Of a stretch of DNA of 64,000 nt, positions 13,390 to 25,562 are shown one piece after another. Both the position numbers and the translations under genes were made by a program. This stretch comes from a virus, in the IMG/VR virus record IMGVR_UViG_3300045125_000031, positions 37,242 through 101,241 of that record, one strand, 5' to 3'. The notes below the pieces were generated by a model that made no database searches, was not told the DNA's origin, and was given only the letters and a program-made list of their open reading frames with translations. How positions within the stretch are numbered: position 1 is the first letter of the stretch; every line of letters starts with the position of its first letter.

Positions 13390-15439
13390 CTACGAGATTT
13401 TTATTTCGCAAGCATCTGTAGTACAGTACATTTCTCCCTGTGCCTCGAGATTTTCCGCTCCGTCATAAATAGCAGACCAGTCAATCTTTTTGATATTGCT
13501 CCAATATAACTGAGTCATATTCTTCTTTAGTAATTTGAGTGTATGGCTGTTGAGGATATGTATGATTTCCCATTGGCAAGAATGAAACAGCCTTTAGTTG
13601 TCCTTCGTACATATGAAGTGCTGGAGCAACATGCTTTGACTCAGTTTCTTTGTCAAATGAAAGCGTTACAGAAACACCATTATCAGACCAGTATTTTTGA
13701 GCAGTAGCAGCAAGCGCAATCTTCTCAAATAATGTTACATCCTTTTCAGATCTTGGATGTCCAGAATGAACTGGGAAATAAACTACAGATGTATTTGCAG
13801 ATACGAGGTCTGCTTCAATCTTATATCCCGCTGCTTTAAACAAATGCAATCATTGGATCTGTATTCCCAAAACGAATTGCACGCAAGAAATAATCTCCTC
13901 CTGGTGCCCAGTGAACTCCTGGGGTTGCACCAGAAAGAATTGATACTGATCCTGATGGCTTAACAGTTGTTACACGAATTGATTCACGAACACATAGCCA
14001 TTCAGAATATGAGTGATCATATTTACGAATAGTTTTATATCCTTCATCCATCCATTCACGAACTACTGGCAAGCCATATTTATCTGCAGAATGATGCAAT
14101 ACCTGTAAGAGATGTTCCAATACGACGATTACGTTGCATGATTCCATTTGTCTGTTGCCAATGTGTTGGAATTAATGTAACAGTCTTTCCATAAAGATAA
14201 GCAAACTTGAGTGTCTGCAGGAAGTCCTCCTTAGATTCATGACGATTCAAATGTACTTCGACTAGAGTACATAATTCGTATGACTTCTAATGGCTGCTCC
14301 GCACATGGATTGAAGCCCATAACACGATAATCTTTGCCATCTGCTGGATCTGCAAGACGACCATAATTACGAGCAACATCAAGCCAGATAAATCCTGGCT
14401 CTCCGTTATCTACAATTAGATCTACATAGTCTTCATACTTTGTGCCTACTGTTGCAGAAATAGAATTATTAGACATCCATGCCCAACCTGGATTTTCTGG
14501 ATCATATGAATTACGCTCTGGAAATACTTCTGCATTCTTTAAGATTAATAAAATCTTCATCTCCTGCAGCACCCAAGTGCAAGGGTGGCAGAACGACGAA
14601 CATTTCCTGAAACAACACAGGTACCAATAAGATTTACGATATCTACAATTGCTCGTGAATCAAGTGTTTCTCCTGCTCTACCGCCAATTACAGTCACGAA
14701 TGCGTGTATGTGAAGGTCAATAAGTGGCTGCTGGACCGCTTGCAACGCCTCCAAAGCCCTTAATAGGGGCTCCTAGAGGACGGATAAGGTCATAGTTAAA
14801 CTCTTGAATTGCTTGATTTGGCTTTAAGTATGAATTAATAACATTCTTACAGACTCTACCCAACCTTCACGAGTATCTGGAATTTCATAAATAGATGCTG
14901 GTTCTGTTGGAGCATAAATAGGCAAATTGCTTTTCTTGTCCAACAGTATCAAATCCAACTCCAATACCAAGCATTAATGCATCCATAACCCAAGCAAATA
15001 GTGCTCCTGGATCATTTTTGATCAATGATCTCTTGTAGATACCATTGCACAATTTTGAAGGGCAGCAGAATTTTTCTTCTCCATAGTCATAGGAGTACCA
15101 AATGCCCACAGGCCACGTCCTGGTGGAGTCCACTTTAAATTCAAACATTCTTTGAAATGCTTCTTGTGCAGATTTCTGAGCCTTATTGTCATTCCATGGT
15201 AGACGATTTTCTTTAGCATGATTCTTCTGTACTGAGTACATACCCTCGATTACACGACTGACAAACCTCATGCCAGCGTTCTTTAGTTCCATCTTCCTTC
15301 ACACGAGAGTAGGTACGAATAAATGTAATCTCTCCCAAGTGAATTGCCTCCAGCATCCGTAAATCCGAATGGTGGCTCTTTGTCTTTATACTTATTTACG
15401 AACTCTTCTAGACAAACGAAAACTAAAAAAATCAGACAC
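13390..15439 (-). CDS. nrdJ: Class II (adenosylcobalamin-dependent) ribonucleoside-triphosphate reductase, frameshifted
   Basis: Motifs KWTPPGRGLW, ALQNCA, VVSGNVRRSA, GFNPCAEQ and TTVKPSGSVS, plus the C-terminal CTTDAC redox pair. Confidence 0.9.
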
Positions 15440-15527
15440 TGTTATTCTCCTTAAGAAACTGTAATTATTAAAGTATACCAGAGTTTTTAATTTTGACAAA
15501 CTCTAATGCTATTATTTAGGTTGATAG

Positions 15528-16109
15528 TTATAGAGTTTGCCAATGTAGGTATTCTCTAAAATATCCATGCTGCATTACTGTTGGGTCTACCCACCAATCT
15601 TCATTGTAAGATCTTTGAACAAGGGCATATCCAAATGAATCAAGTATCTCTCTTTGTACATCTCTAATTTTACTATTTCTCCAATACATGTCCGAATCGT
15701 GTTCAAATGTAATTACGCTAAATCTGTATGTATTTAATGGCATTGCTATAAGACCTTGCAGCGTCAAATGACTATTCCCAACTGGCCTTCCTGCCATATC
15801 ATATCCAGCGTCTATGTCTAATTGCAAATAGTCTATTTGTTTTGGAAAGTTATTTTTTTCAAAATAATCCATATAGTTAAATGATAGGGCATCTCCCATG
15901 CATGGATTCTTTCTATTAGCATTAAACTCTTCTTTCATAGAGTCTATTATTTCAAAAGATACTCCAGTCCAATCATACTCATTTTCTAGCAAGTATGTAT
16001 TATTACCATTGCTGTAGTGTGCTGCCCCAAGTTCTACATAGTATCCATTCTTTTTACCATTTAAAATATTAATAATAAATTCTTCTTGCTTTGTAGTCAT
16101 GTGTGTCAT
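15528..16109 (-). CDS. FkbM-like SAM-dependent methyltransferase
   Basis: GYYVELGA, NNTYLLE..WTGVSFE, IDYLQLDID and FSVITFEHD motifs. Confidence 0.7.
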   Translation of the reverse strand: MTHMTTKQEEFIINILNGKKNGYYVELGAAHYSNGNNTYLLENEYDWTGVSFEIIDSMKEEFNANRKNPCMGDALSFNYMDYFEKNNFPKQIDYLQLDIDAGYDMAGRPVGNSHLTLQGLIAMPLNTYRFSVITFEHDSDMYWRNSKIRDVQREILDSFGYALVQRSYNEDWWVDPTVMQHGYFREYLHWQTL

Positions 16110-16670
16110 TGAAATAAATCTCCTTTTAGTCTTGTCGGTTTTTTTCTGTTCCATGGATAAAAACGGTAGAGAAGTATCTTATTGTATCATCTAAAACTGG
16201 AAGAGATCCGTGAACAATGTGCCCTCCATGTATATATAAAGAATTAGATTTTGGCTTAACCGTAATATTAATATCTGGATAGTCTAACTCTCCACCAGTA
16301 TATTCATCATTATAATATAAACAAAAGCCATATCCAATATAATAGTCTATATCTGTTCTCCATTGATCTGCATGATGCGTTATAAAATCTCCTTTTTTAT
16401 ATCTCTGTAAATGCAGTTTATCTGGATAATAAGAATATGACTCAAATAAATTTTTCATTTTTTCATTTATATCGTCAAAAATATTTTTGTCTTTAAAGCA
16501 TAAAGTTTTTCCAAACCAAAAATCTGGAATATTTTGTTCTTTTTTCATTTCTTCATCAAGCCATTTATCTTCTGAAGTATTTTTATAATTTTATTAACTT
16601 CAAACATTTCTTCATCAGTAAGAAAGTTATTAATTTCATACACATCATCATATAGTTTATTAATTTTCAT
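16106..16670 (-). CDS. 2OG-Fe(II) oxygenase, prolyl 4-hydroxylase-like
   Basis: HAD, LYYNDEYTGGELDYP and HG..PV....RY motifs. Confidence 0.8.
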
Positions 16671-16675
16671 TTTAG

Positions 16676-17345
16676 TTACATATACTTATTGTTAAATATA
16701 TGACTTACCTCCAAGTGATTTATATTCATATGTTTTGGCAATGAGGCCACCCACCTAATTGTTTCAGCCATGTCGTTAGCAGTAAGGGCATTATCTTTTT
16801 TCTATTTGTGTGTCAATTGTCCCTGGACATATTTCTGTTATCTTTATTCCATATTCAGGAAATTCCATACGCATTGTATCTATTAACGCCATTTGATCCT
16901 CGTTTGGCATTACTATAATTGCCTCCGCCTCTAAATGGAACTTTTCCACATAAAGATGTTATAAAGATAATTGTTGCAGACTCTGATTTTTTCATAGATG
17001 GAGCAAATAACTGAGACAAGTACATTGGCCCAGAAACATTAATATCATATGCTATTCTAAAATTTTCCATAGTTTCATTAATAATATGTGTTGGTCCAGA
17101 ACCTCCGCCAGCATTATTAACTAATAAGTCTAATGTTATGTTTTTATATTTTTCAAAAAAAGTATTTAATTTCATTCTCTTTTGTTATATCTAATTTATA
17201 AATTTCTACCATTATCAGATAATAATCCAGACATTTTATCAACATCTCTCGAAACAGCAATAACCTTATATCCGTTTTCAGATAAAAGTTTAACGGTTGC
17301 ATAACCTACACCTTTACTTGCACCAGTAACGATGGCTGTTTTCAC
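16676..17345 (-). CDS. Short-chain dehydrogenase/reductase (frameshifted)
   Basis: TAIVTGASKGVG, LLVNNAGG and YSNAK (YxxxK) motifs. Confidence 0.85.
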
Positions 17346-18076
17346 TACATGCCTTGCTGCTGGTTAAGTTGCATATTGTTATGTATCCAATGACCTGGGA
17401 CCATATACTTAACACCAGACTTTACTGTATGTGCCGTATGAAAATATGGCGCTTCTGCTGGGAAAATAATAACGCTATTTGCTTTTGGTTTTATTCCGAA
17501 ATCTATTGCATTGTTTGCAACAGCATCATCATAATCTAAATTAACTGGTGGAGCACCATGAACCCATCCATCTTTGCTATTCCATCCACCATCATAATTT
17601 TTTAATTGAAAGGATATCTCTCCACCATCGCAGTCATCATTTAAATACATGACTAGAGAGTATCTCAAAGTCTTATCGCCATCTAATTGATCGAAGTGTG
17701 CACCCATTGCCATTCCAGTATAATATTTCTTAATATTAAATGTTGGGAATAGCCTTGGCTCGTCAAAATCACCTAGTGACTCTGCATAATCCTTACATAC
17801 ATTATATAGGGTTGTCATGACTGAATCATAAATATATTTGCTTTTTTCTCCAACTATACCGCCAGACTTTGAGATGGCATCTATATCAAAAGTCTTTGTT
17901 TCTCCATAAATAAAATCTTTGTCATTAGAAGATGTCCACTTTTGCCAAAGATTAACCTTTGTATCATCATAAAACTCCATGGTATCTAACTCACTTAAAG
18001 TTTTTAAAAACACATCAAAGTTATCTATTGCGTCTGTATAATAATATACTTTTGGATCAAGAATTTCTCTATTCAT
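17345..18076 (-). CDS. 2OG-Fe(II) oxygenase, prolyl 4-hydroxylase-like
   Basis: HFD, MYLNDDCDGGEISF and HTAHTVKSGVKY motifs. Confidence 0.85.
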   Translation of the reverse strand: MNREILDPKVYYYTDAIDNFDVFLKTLSELDTMEFYDDTKVNLWQKWTSSNDKDFIYGETKTFDIDAISKSGGIVGEKSKYIYDSVMTTLYNVCKDYAESLGDFDEPRLFPTFNIKKYYTGMAMGAHFDQLDGDKTLRYSLVMYLNDDCDGGEISFQLKNYDGGWNSKDGWVHGAPPVNLDYDDAVANNAIDFGIKPKANSVIIFPAEAPYFHTAHTVKSGVKYMVPGHWIHNNMQLNQQQGM

Positions 18077-18077
18077 T

Positions 18078-18736
18078 TTAATACCTATTTCTTTCGTAAT
18101 GACCTATTTCTTTTATAAAGCCGACTATAACATATCTTATTGGCCCATCCCCTACATGCTTTACACCATGCTCTATACTCTTCATTTCCTGGAAAAAACA
18201 ATAAGTCTCCTGGTTTTGGCCTCAATGATATATCTTTATTTGGAAAGAATAATTCTCCATCTACGTAGTCATCATTAATGTATATTATTGTTGCATAGTG
18301 TATAGATGGATCTGTATGCTGATCAGTATGTGATTTCAGTTCTACTCCCTTTTGCATTCTTTGAATAGTGGCAAGCCCACTAAGTTCAAGTCCTGGGAAA
18401 GAAGGGTGAATTATATTTGCTAGTCTTCCGTAAAAACATTTTGTTCTGGGTGATGCTTAATATTTAAATTTTTATCTACCCAATTTTGAGTAATTTCAAA
18501 TTTCCCTTCAGCGACTAAGTTGTCAACATCTTCTCTGCCAAACTTTTCTAAACAAAATCTTTTTAGATTTCCCATATACTCTACTTCCCAATCTTCTTGA
18601 GACGCACCATTAATTATATTCCAAATAAAATCTAATTCTTCTTTTGTCAAAAAGTCTTTAATCCAAAGTAGTTCTGGAGTTACTTCTTCAAACTCTAAGT
18701 TATTATTTTTAAATTTTCTTTCAAAGAATCCATCAT
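18078..18736 (-). CDS. 2OG-Fe(II) oxygenase, prolyl 4-hydroxylase-like (frameshifted)
   Basis: HTD, IYINDDYVDGELFFP and PKPGDLLFFPG motifs. Confidence 0.8.
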
Positions 18737-18737
18737 A

Positions 18738-19490
18738 TTAAACAGCATCTCCTTTAAATAGATATTTATTGCCATCTTCATCTATTTTATATCCATCTTT
18801 TAGAAGTTCTTGCCATTCTGCTCTTTCAACTTCTTGCTTGGCTCTAGTCTCTTTCATTTCTTGCGCCCAAGCGTCTCTTAGTTCCTGTGGATATGCATCT
18901 TCTTCACGATCATCCCAGAATGAACCTATTGTATATCTAACTCCACTAGTTATAAGAGTTACCTCATGCATATTGTTGAATCCCCCGTCAAAAGCAGCAA
19001 GCATTCCAACTTTAGGCTTTATGCTTATTTGTTGATCTGGGAAATGCAAAAGTCCTCCATCAAAGTTATCATTCAAATATAAAAATGCAGCATATCTACT
19101 TCTAGTAAATGCTCCAGAGTTTCCGTGTTCATCTGTATTATCAGAATGCTTTCTAGCATAAGCCCCTGGTTCCCATTTCTGAGTATGATATCCAATTTGA
19201 GATATTATCTTTGAATCTAAATCATGAACGCTGGCAACTGCTTCTACAATACCCTTTTTAATTGTGTAAAAATATCAGAAGGTAAACCTTCGGCAATTAC
19301 ATGCTCGTCGTTATCTTGTGGCAAAACAGAAGAATAAGATTCATAAAACGATATAGGCATCCAACTAATGGTCCCTATTTCTGCATGTTTATCTAAAACT
19401 TTTATAAGTTTATCGGCAGTTTTCAGAATCAATAAAGTTTTCATAAACAACTATATCTTTTGTTAGTCTAACTTTATTTTCTAAGTTCAT
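18738..19490 (-). CDS. 2OG-Fe(II) oxygenase, prolyl 4-hydroxylase-like (frameshifted)
   Basis: HSD, YLNDNFDGGLLHFP and HEVTLITSGVRYT motifs. Confidence 0.85.
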
Positions 19491-20363
19491 CTAATTCTAA
19501 CTCCTTCGATTGAATCTTTATTTGCAGCATATTTGCCTATCATCTCTTTATGTAATTTAGACCAACTTTCAGTACCAAGTTCTTTTTCTTTATCAAACCA
19601 CTCCTGATCACCTATCTCCATATTTTTTCAAATAGTTTCTTATTAAGTATTTTTCTGTTTTAAAAGATGGGAAAACGCCATGTAAGTAAGGTTGATTATT
19701 TTTATTTAAAACATCTGGGTGTCCACTAGGGAAAACTACCCAATCACCTGCAACTGGTTTATACTTTATTAGATTACCATCTATATAAAAGTCAAGTTCT
19801 CCTCCATCATAATCATCATTAAAATAATAATTAGCAGTTATTGCAAACTTATAGCCTGGACTTTTTACTGGCTCTCTTACATAATCAGAATGATATCGCA
19901 TTGACATTACAGTATCTATATTTTTATTATATCTGCATATAGAAGGTCCTTCTTTTTTCCATAAAGGCAAATAATTTCCATCATGGTCTTTTGTTATTTC
20001 TTCTTCATTATAATTAAACATGTCTTTATATTTAGAAATATATGCGTCCATAGTTTTATTAAAACCATTACTTATTTCTAACAAAAGATATTTTTGATCT
20101 TCTTGTATTTTACTATTAGTTTTTAAGTCATTTATCAATTGAGAATTAAATTCAGCAGGCTTTCCTGTTTTTGGATTTAATTTAGAAAGTTCTGGAAAAG
20201 CAGTCTGAATATAACGACCAAAACCTTGCCAATCAGACCATTCTCCTAAAATTCTATCTGAATTATTGTTAGCAGATTCTTTAACTATCTCATATAATCT
20301 TTCTGGTTGATCATTAACATTTTTATATATCATTATGTTTTCATATAATTCTATCTCTTCCAT
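19487..20363 (-). CDS. 2OG-Fe(II) oxygenase, prolyl 4-hydroxylase-like
   Basis: HSD, YFNDDYDGGELDF and HGV motifs; C-terminal frameshift. Confidence 0.8.
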
Positions 20364-20365
20364 TA

Positions 20366-21123
20366 TTATCTCCTTATTCCTTTTTTTGGATCCCAAGACT
20401 TTACTTCTTCTTCTGTAGGAAAAATTCTATGGTACTTTGTATTTGGGTCTGGTTTTACATCTCCAGTATGCTCTAAAATTTCCCAGAAAAACGGACATGT
20501 ATATCTTAAAGATTTTGTGACTTCTGTTACTCCATGTACATAGTTCATGTCTCCTGGGAAAAAATATGCCGAACCACGTTTTGGTTTAAATTGAACTTTT
20601 TGATATGGAAAGTATAACTCTCCACCCTCATAATCATCATTGATGTAAAATAAACTTGAAATATCATAATATGGAAAATCGTTTGGTAATCCAGCATCTG
20701 ATCCAAAATGCAATTCTTTGTCTGCGTGAGGCATTTGGAACTGTCCTGGATTCCACTTAACAATTGTTTGTCCTGTAGACTGTACTTTGACCTTAAAAAA
20801 ATCTTCAATAATTGGTTGAAGTCTACTAAATAATCCTACTAAAACTGGAAGAATTTTTGGATCATTTGCATTTAAAGATGGCGCAGTTGCAACTCTATCT
20901 TTCCAATAACTTGAATCATAAATAACAGTTCCATTTTTCATTTATATGGCTTTGAGTAACATCCCAGATAGTTATGTTTCTTGCTGCTTTTTCTAAAAAA
21001 TCAACTTCTTCTTCAGTCATAAAATTTTTCTAACTCAACTATATTTTCAGCACCATAGCCAAAAAACCCAGATGGGGTGATTGATGGATGTCTTATTACT
21101 TTTACTGCATCTTCTGGTATCAT
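20366..21123 (-). CDS. 2OG-Fe(II) oxygenase, prolyl 4-hydroxylase-like (frameshifted)
   Basis: HAD, YINDDYEGGELYFP and HGVTEVTKSLRYT motifs. Confidence 0.85.
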
Positions 21124-21135
21124 ATTATTATTATA

Positions 21136-21842
21136 TCATCCTATAGTATTATCTTTTACGTATAATTTTAGGGTTTTTACTTCATGAGACCCTACAGATT
21201 CATTCTTTTCATTTACCGCATTTCTATACCAATCGGTCCAGTTGCCAGATGAATTAAGCACTTGTGCTGCTTCTCCGTAGGCAATGTTTGCATTTGTTCT
21301 AGAACGATCTACATCTTTATATTCTACAATCTCAATTGATGTATTATTTAAATTTGTTAAAGATATTGGAATAATTGTTGCAATAGGAGTTCCTGCTTTT
21401 ATAATAGTTTCTACGTTAGCCTTTTTGCCTTAAGAGCAAGAGGCAACGGGTTATCATAAAATGAAGTACTTATTACACTAGACATAGTTTCAAAGTCATC
21501 ATTAAAATAATTAACTGGATGTATTGTCCAAATACTAACATCTGGATCTGTTCTAAAAACCAAAGAAGTGTTTAAACTTATTGAAGATTGACCTCTTCCA
21601 GAGTATGAACCTGATGGACTTACAATCTTTATATGCTGGTCTGTCTGATCATTTATTCCATCCCACGTAAAAACTATATCTTCTGAACATGAAAGATACC
21701 AACCTATAACATTTGACTGAGTTACTGGAAAACATCTATATGCGTGGTTTTCAGACGTTAAGTCCATCCAATCTCTTTTAATTGACATTGGTTCGATGTT
21801 AAAAATACATCCCTGCATTTTTTCAACAGTAATATTAAACAT
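21136..21842 (-). CDS. Conserved hypothetical, DUF6065-like (frameshifted)
   Basis: KRDWMD....HAYRCFPVTQSNVIGW motif; this family is seen next to phage oxygenases. Confidence 0.55.
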
Positions 21843-22525
21843 TATTCATTTGCCCACTTTGGATCATACATATCTGGTGTATGATATTTTTACCTGTAAT
21901 CTAACATTGTTACAATTGAATATTTAGTTCCAGAGTGTACTGGCATTGCTTGATGTGGATACATAAAATTTGACGGGAAAACATATAGATCTCCAGCCTT
22001 TGGTTTTATATTTAGATTTTGCAGTCTAAAGTATAACTCTCCACCATCGTAGTCGTCATTAATATAGGCAACTAAGGAAACGGTACAGTTATAAGAGAAT
22101 CCATGGTCATGGTGTTCTTTGAAGTGTTGGCCTGGTCCATACTTGATAAAGTTAAGGCTTCCCAATATTTTAACGGCATAATGTTGTAATCTCTACGATA
22201 ATCATCTACTGCTGCTGCCTGTGCATCATATACATCTTGCCAAATTCCCTGAAGCAATAAAGAGTCCTTGCTTGGATCTGATTCAATATCAGTTTTCTTA
22301 AACTTAAAGTCATAGCAGTCACGATAGTCTGGCATTAATTGTTGATATCCTACATATGCTGGTAGCCAGTGATAAGGCTTACCCTCTGGAGATAATTCCG
22401 CCCCATGGTGCTGGAGAACCCAAAATATTTTCTAATCTTTCTATAATATTTAGTTCTGGCTTAATGACACCTCTATAGCAAGTAATTCCAAACCCTAATG
22501 TTTCTTTTTCTGTCCAAGTTGACAT
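21842..22525 (-). CDS. 2OG-Fe(II) oxygenase, prolyl 4-hydroxylase-like (frameshifted)
   Basis: HHD, YINDDYDGGELYF and FPSNFMYPHQAMPVHSGTKY motifs. Confidence 0.85.
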
Positions 22526-22536
22526 GATATCTCCTT

Positions 22537-23313
22537 TTACCTATACTCTCTTCTTGTCCAAACTTTATCTTTATATACCCCGCCATCTGGTTGACGATAA
22601 ATATTTGCGTTATCTACTATTTTAGCATATACCGTTGATGAATCAAGAATATCAAGTTCGTGTCTCCCAATTTTCTCTTTTAAATGGGAGTATCTGCAAG
22701 TATGGTGTTCCTGCTGGTATAGTTCCCTCCCAACCTTCAATAATAAAAATGGAAAACTACCTAATAATTCAACTTTATCTGAATCTACTACGCCAGTAGT
22801 ATTCATAAAAGGTAGATCAAACCTATTCATAGGTGTCATAAATAATGCACTATAGCCTTCTGGTAACTTCATGCCCCAGTCTGGCATCCAGGCAAAATGA
22901 TCTTTGTAATATCCTTGAGGATGTTCAAATTGTGCCATTGGTGGTCTAGATGTACAAAAATCTCGATACATTTGATTTCTATTTTAAAATCTAAAGATCC
23001 TTTATTATTTTTAGTAAATGTAATGTCAGTTGAGTTCTAAATACATATCCAGTTATAAAGGCATCCATGATTGCTGGACATGCTTTCTCATGTAGGAATC
23101 ATTCCATAATCATCTGTAGTTCCAGATTTTGGAAATGGACAAACCTCTTTGGGGCCTTATAGTATTCTCCATTAATTGGATTTTTAGCAAACCTATCAGC
23201 ATCCTTATACCATTGAGGTATTTCTTTTTGTGTAGGAGTTGGGGCAGATTTGCTTTCTTTGTTAGCCAAGGACGGTATGTCTTAAAAGAGACACTTTTTA
23301 TATCATCGGACAT
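22537..23313 (-). CDS. Conserved hypothetical phage protein (beta-rich, oxygenase-cluster associated), frameshifted
   Basis: KACPAIMDAFITGY and PEGYSALFMTPMNRFDLPF...GVVDSD fragments. Confidence 0.55.
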
Positions 23314-24026
23314 GCTGATGACCTAACTCATTAATATCAGTCATGATTACGACACAATACTTTGTACCGCTCTTCATAGGAAGAGACGCATGCTCATAAA
23401 TGTAGTTAGATGGGAATACAGCAATATCTCCAACCTTTGGTGTAAGAGTATAGCCGTCTAATCTTGGAAATTGTATTTCTCCGCCTTCGTAGTCATCATT
23501 GATATAGATAACAGCAGAGACAGTTGCATTATATGCTGGACCATGATCTGCGTGAATATTAAAGTGTTTTCCTTCGCCTTCATATTTTACAAAATTAAAT
23601 GCTTCATAATAAATAACATTAATTCCCCAATAACGTGCATAATCATCTATACAAAACTTTAATTTTTGATAAATTTCTTCATGTAGGTCATAAGTTCTCC
23701 ATTAAATCTCATCTCTGGGGCCAAGATTTTCTTGCTTGTATTTAAAATCTACAGCATCTCTTGCTCTTTTAATTGGTGTTGTAGAGTTTGTAACCTGTGC
23801 TTCTGACCATTTGTATCTTTTTGTTCCATCTAAATTTGATTCAAGTATTTTAATATATCTGTCAGCATCATCTTTACTAAAAACATTTCTATAGACGTTT
23901 AACCCAAGTCCAGGATTTTCTACAACTATACCATTTGGTAAAGTTTTTGTTGGATATCTTGTTTGATGCAGTTTCTGAACGATCTTTAGTAAACCAAGGA
24001 TTCTGGTTTTCATCATAAATTTCCAT
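23303..24026 (-). CDS. 2OG-Fe(II) oxygenase, prolyl 4-hydroxylase-like (frameshifted)
   Basis: Hand translation: HADHGPAYNATVSAVIYINDDYEGGEIQFP...FPSNYIYEHASLPMKSGTKY. Confidence 0.85.
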
Positions 24027-24051
24027 ACTGACTAACCTTTCAAAGTTAAAG

Positions 24052-24490
24052 TTATGCTACTGTGCTAAAAGAGGTTCCGTCCCTGTTGTATGTTTGTCCA
24101 ACATATACAGTTTGTCTTTCTGGAATCTTTGCTAAGATCATACCTGCAGCATTTGCAGCAGCAAACATCTCTGCCTTTGGACCTTCTGACGGTACTGCCA
24201 TTCTTGCAACAACAACATTGTTAGATAAGAATGCATACAAATTAAAAGAATCTAATTGCTCTTGTGTAGCATTTAATAGATTAGGGACCTGCAGTTCCTC
24301 CAGAAAATGATGAGCCATTGAAAGTTGCTCCATGAAGTGCTGTTTGCTTATATGCACTTGCATCAATTGCTGAAATAGTTGCTCCAGTTTCATAAACTGT
24401 ATCAAGATTATCCATTACCTCTGGCTTATTGCTTGAATATATTCCAATAACATCATAAGCATCATTGTTTTCTACTAATATTGCGTACAT
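24052..24490 (-). CDS. Hypothetical protein (frameshifted)
   Basis: Two overlapping ORFs join into one gene with an RBS and upstream TATAAT; both halves end in a similar (F/R)(N/D)G(S/T)SFS motif. Confidence 0.55.
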
Positions 24491-24566
24491 TAATAATCTC
24501 CTTTAGTACTTTTATTATAGCATATGTTATTTAGTAGGGGCATATCTTCATATACCCCCACTAATT

Positions 24567-25539
24567 TTAACAACCGCATGATCTTCCTGGACAGCATACG
24601 CTACATCTCCAACAATATCCACAGAAGCAACTTCCGCCTCCGCCACCAGATGGTGGTGGTGAGAAACTTGGTGGGAAGAATGGGAAGAACGGGAAGAATG
24701 GGAAGAACGGTGGGAAGAATGGGAAGTAAGGGAAGTAAGGGAAGAACGGTGGGAAGAATGGGAAGTAAGGGAAGAATGGGAAGAACGGTGGGAAGAACGG
24801 GAAGAATGGGAAGAATGGGAAGAATGGTGGGAAGAATGGGAAGAACGGAAAGAATGGAAGAATGGTGGGAAGAATGGGAAGAACGGGAAGAATGGGAAAA
24901 ACGGCGGGAAGAACGGGAAGAATGGTGGCGTGGTATTAACACTATTTGTAGTTACACCAGTTGACTCTCCACATGCATTTGTAAGATAAATTGTATAAGT
25001 TTGAGAACCTGGGATACTCCAGGGTCGTTAGCAGTATATGATGTGCAGAACCAGATATACCAGTATAACTTGATCCATCCGAACCAGTGATTCTGATTGA
25101 TGTTGATTGCAGTACCTCCAGTTGCTGATCCTGCTGGAAGAGTCCATGATATTGTGTTTGTGTTAGCAGATGTAGCAGATGCTGAAACACCTGTAGGATT
25201 GTTTGGTCTTGTTGTAACTGTTACGGAAGATGAAGCAGATGATGCTGCTGATGTTCCAGAAGCATTAGTTGCTGTTACTGTAAAAGTAGGTGTTGTTCCT
25301 GCAGCAATTCCAGTCACAGTAATTGGAGATGATGCTCCAGTTCCTGTTTGACCAGTGCTTGCTGTAACTGTATAAGATGTTGCTGGAGGAGAACCTGCGG
25401 TAATTCAAATGGCAACTGACACAGCACCATCGTTGTATGCTCTACCACTACATGTTTGTTGGAACAACACTTAATTGGTGGCTTTGGCTCCAAGAAGTCA
25501 TTTGCTGCTGTGACTTTCTACCTACTTTTTAGTTGCCAT
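24567..25539 (-). CDS. FN3-domain protein with (Pro-Phe-Phe)n tract and Cys-rich C-terminal tip
   Basis: Hand translation of a frame absent from the ORF track: FN3-like TFTVTATNASGTSAAS and TISWTLPA, then TTPPFFPFFPPFF...PPSFSPPPSGGGGGSCFCGYCWRCSVCCPGRSCGC*. Confidence 0.8.
24670..24928 (-). repeat. Coding 9/12-nt tandem repeat (CCN-TTC-TTC), about 26 units
   Basis: GGGAAGAA(T/C) repeats on the plus strand. Variation is almost all at the synonymous Pro third position (plus three TTC-to-TAC, Phe-to-Tyr changes) in the PFF frame. Confidence 0.9.
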
Positions 25540-25562
25540 TATTTATTCCCCTTTACTGTAAA

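Noticed and set aside
24524-24964. Plus-strand GRMGRT-repeat ORF and minus-strand ILPVLP-repeat ORF in the ORF track
   Set aside because: These are alternative frames of the repeat. Substitutions are synonymous or conservative only in the PFF frame, which also links the FN3 domains to the conserved Cys tip.
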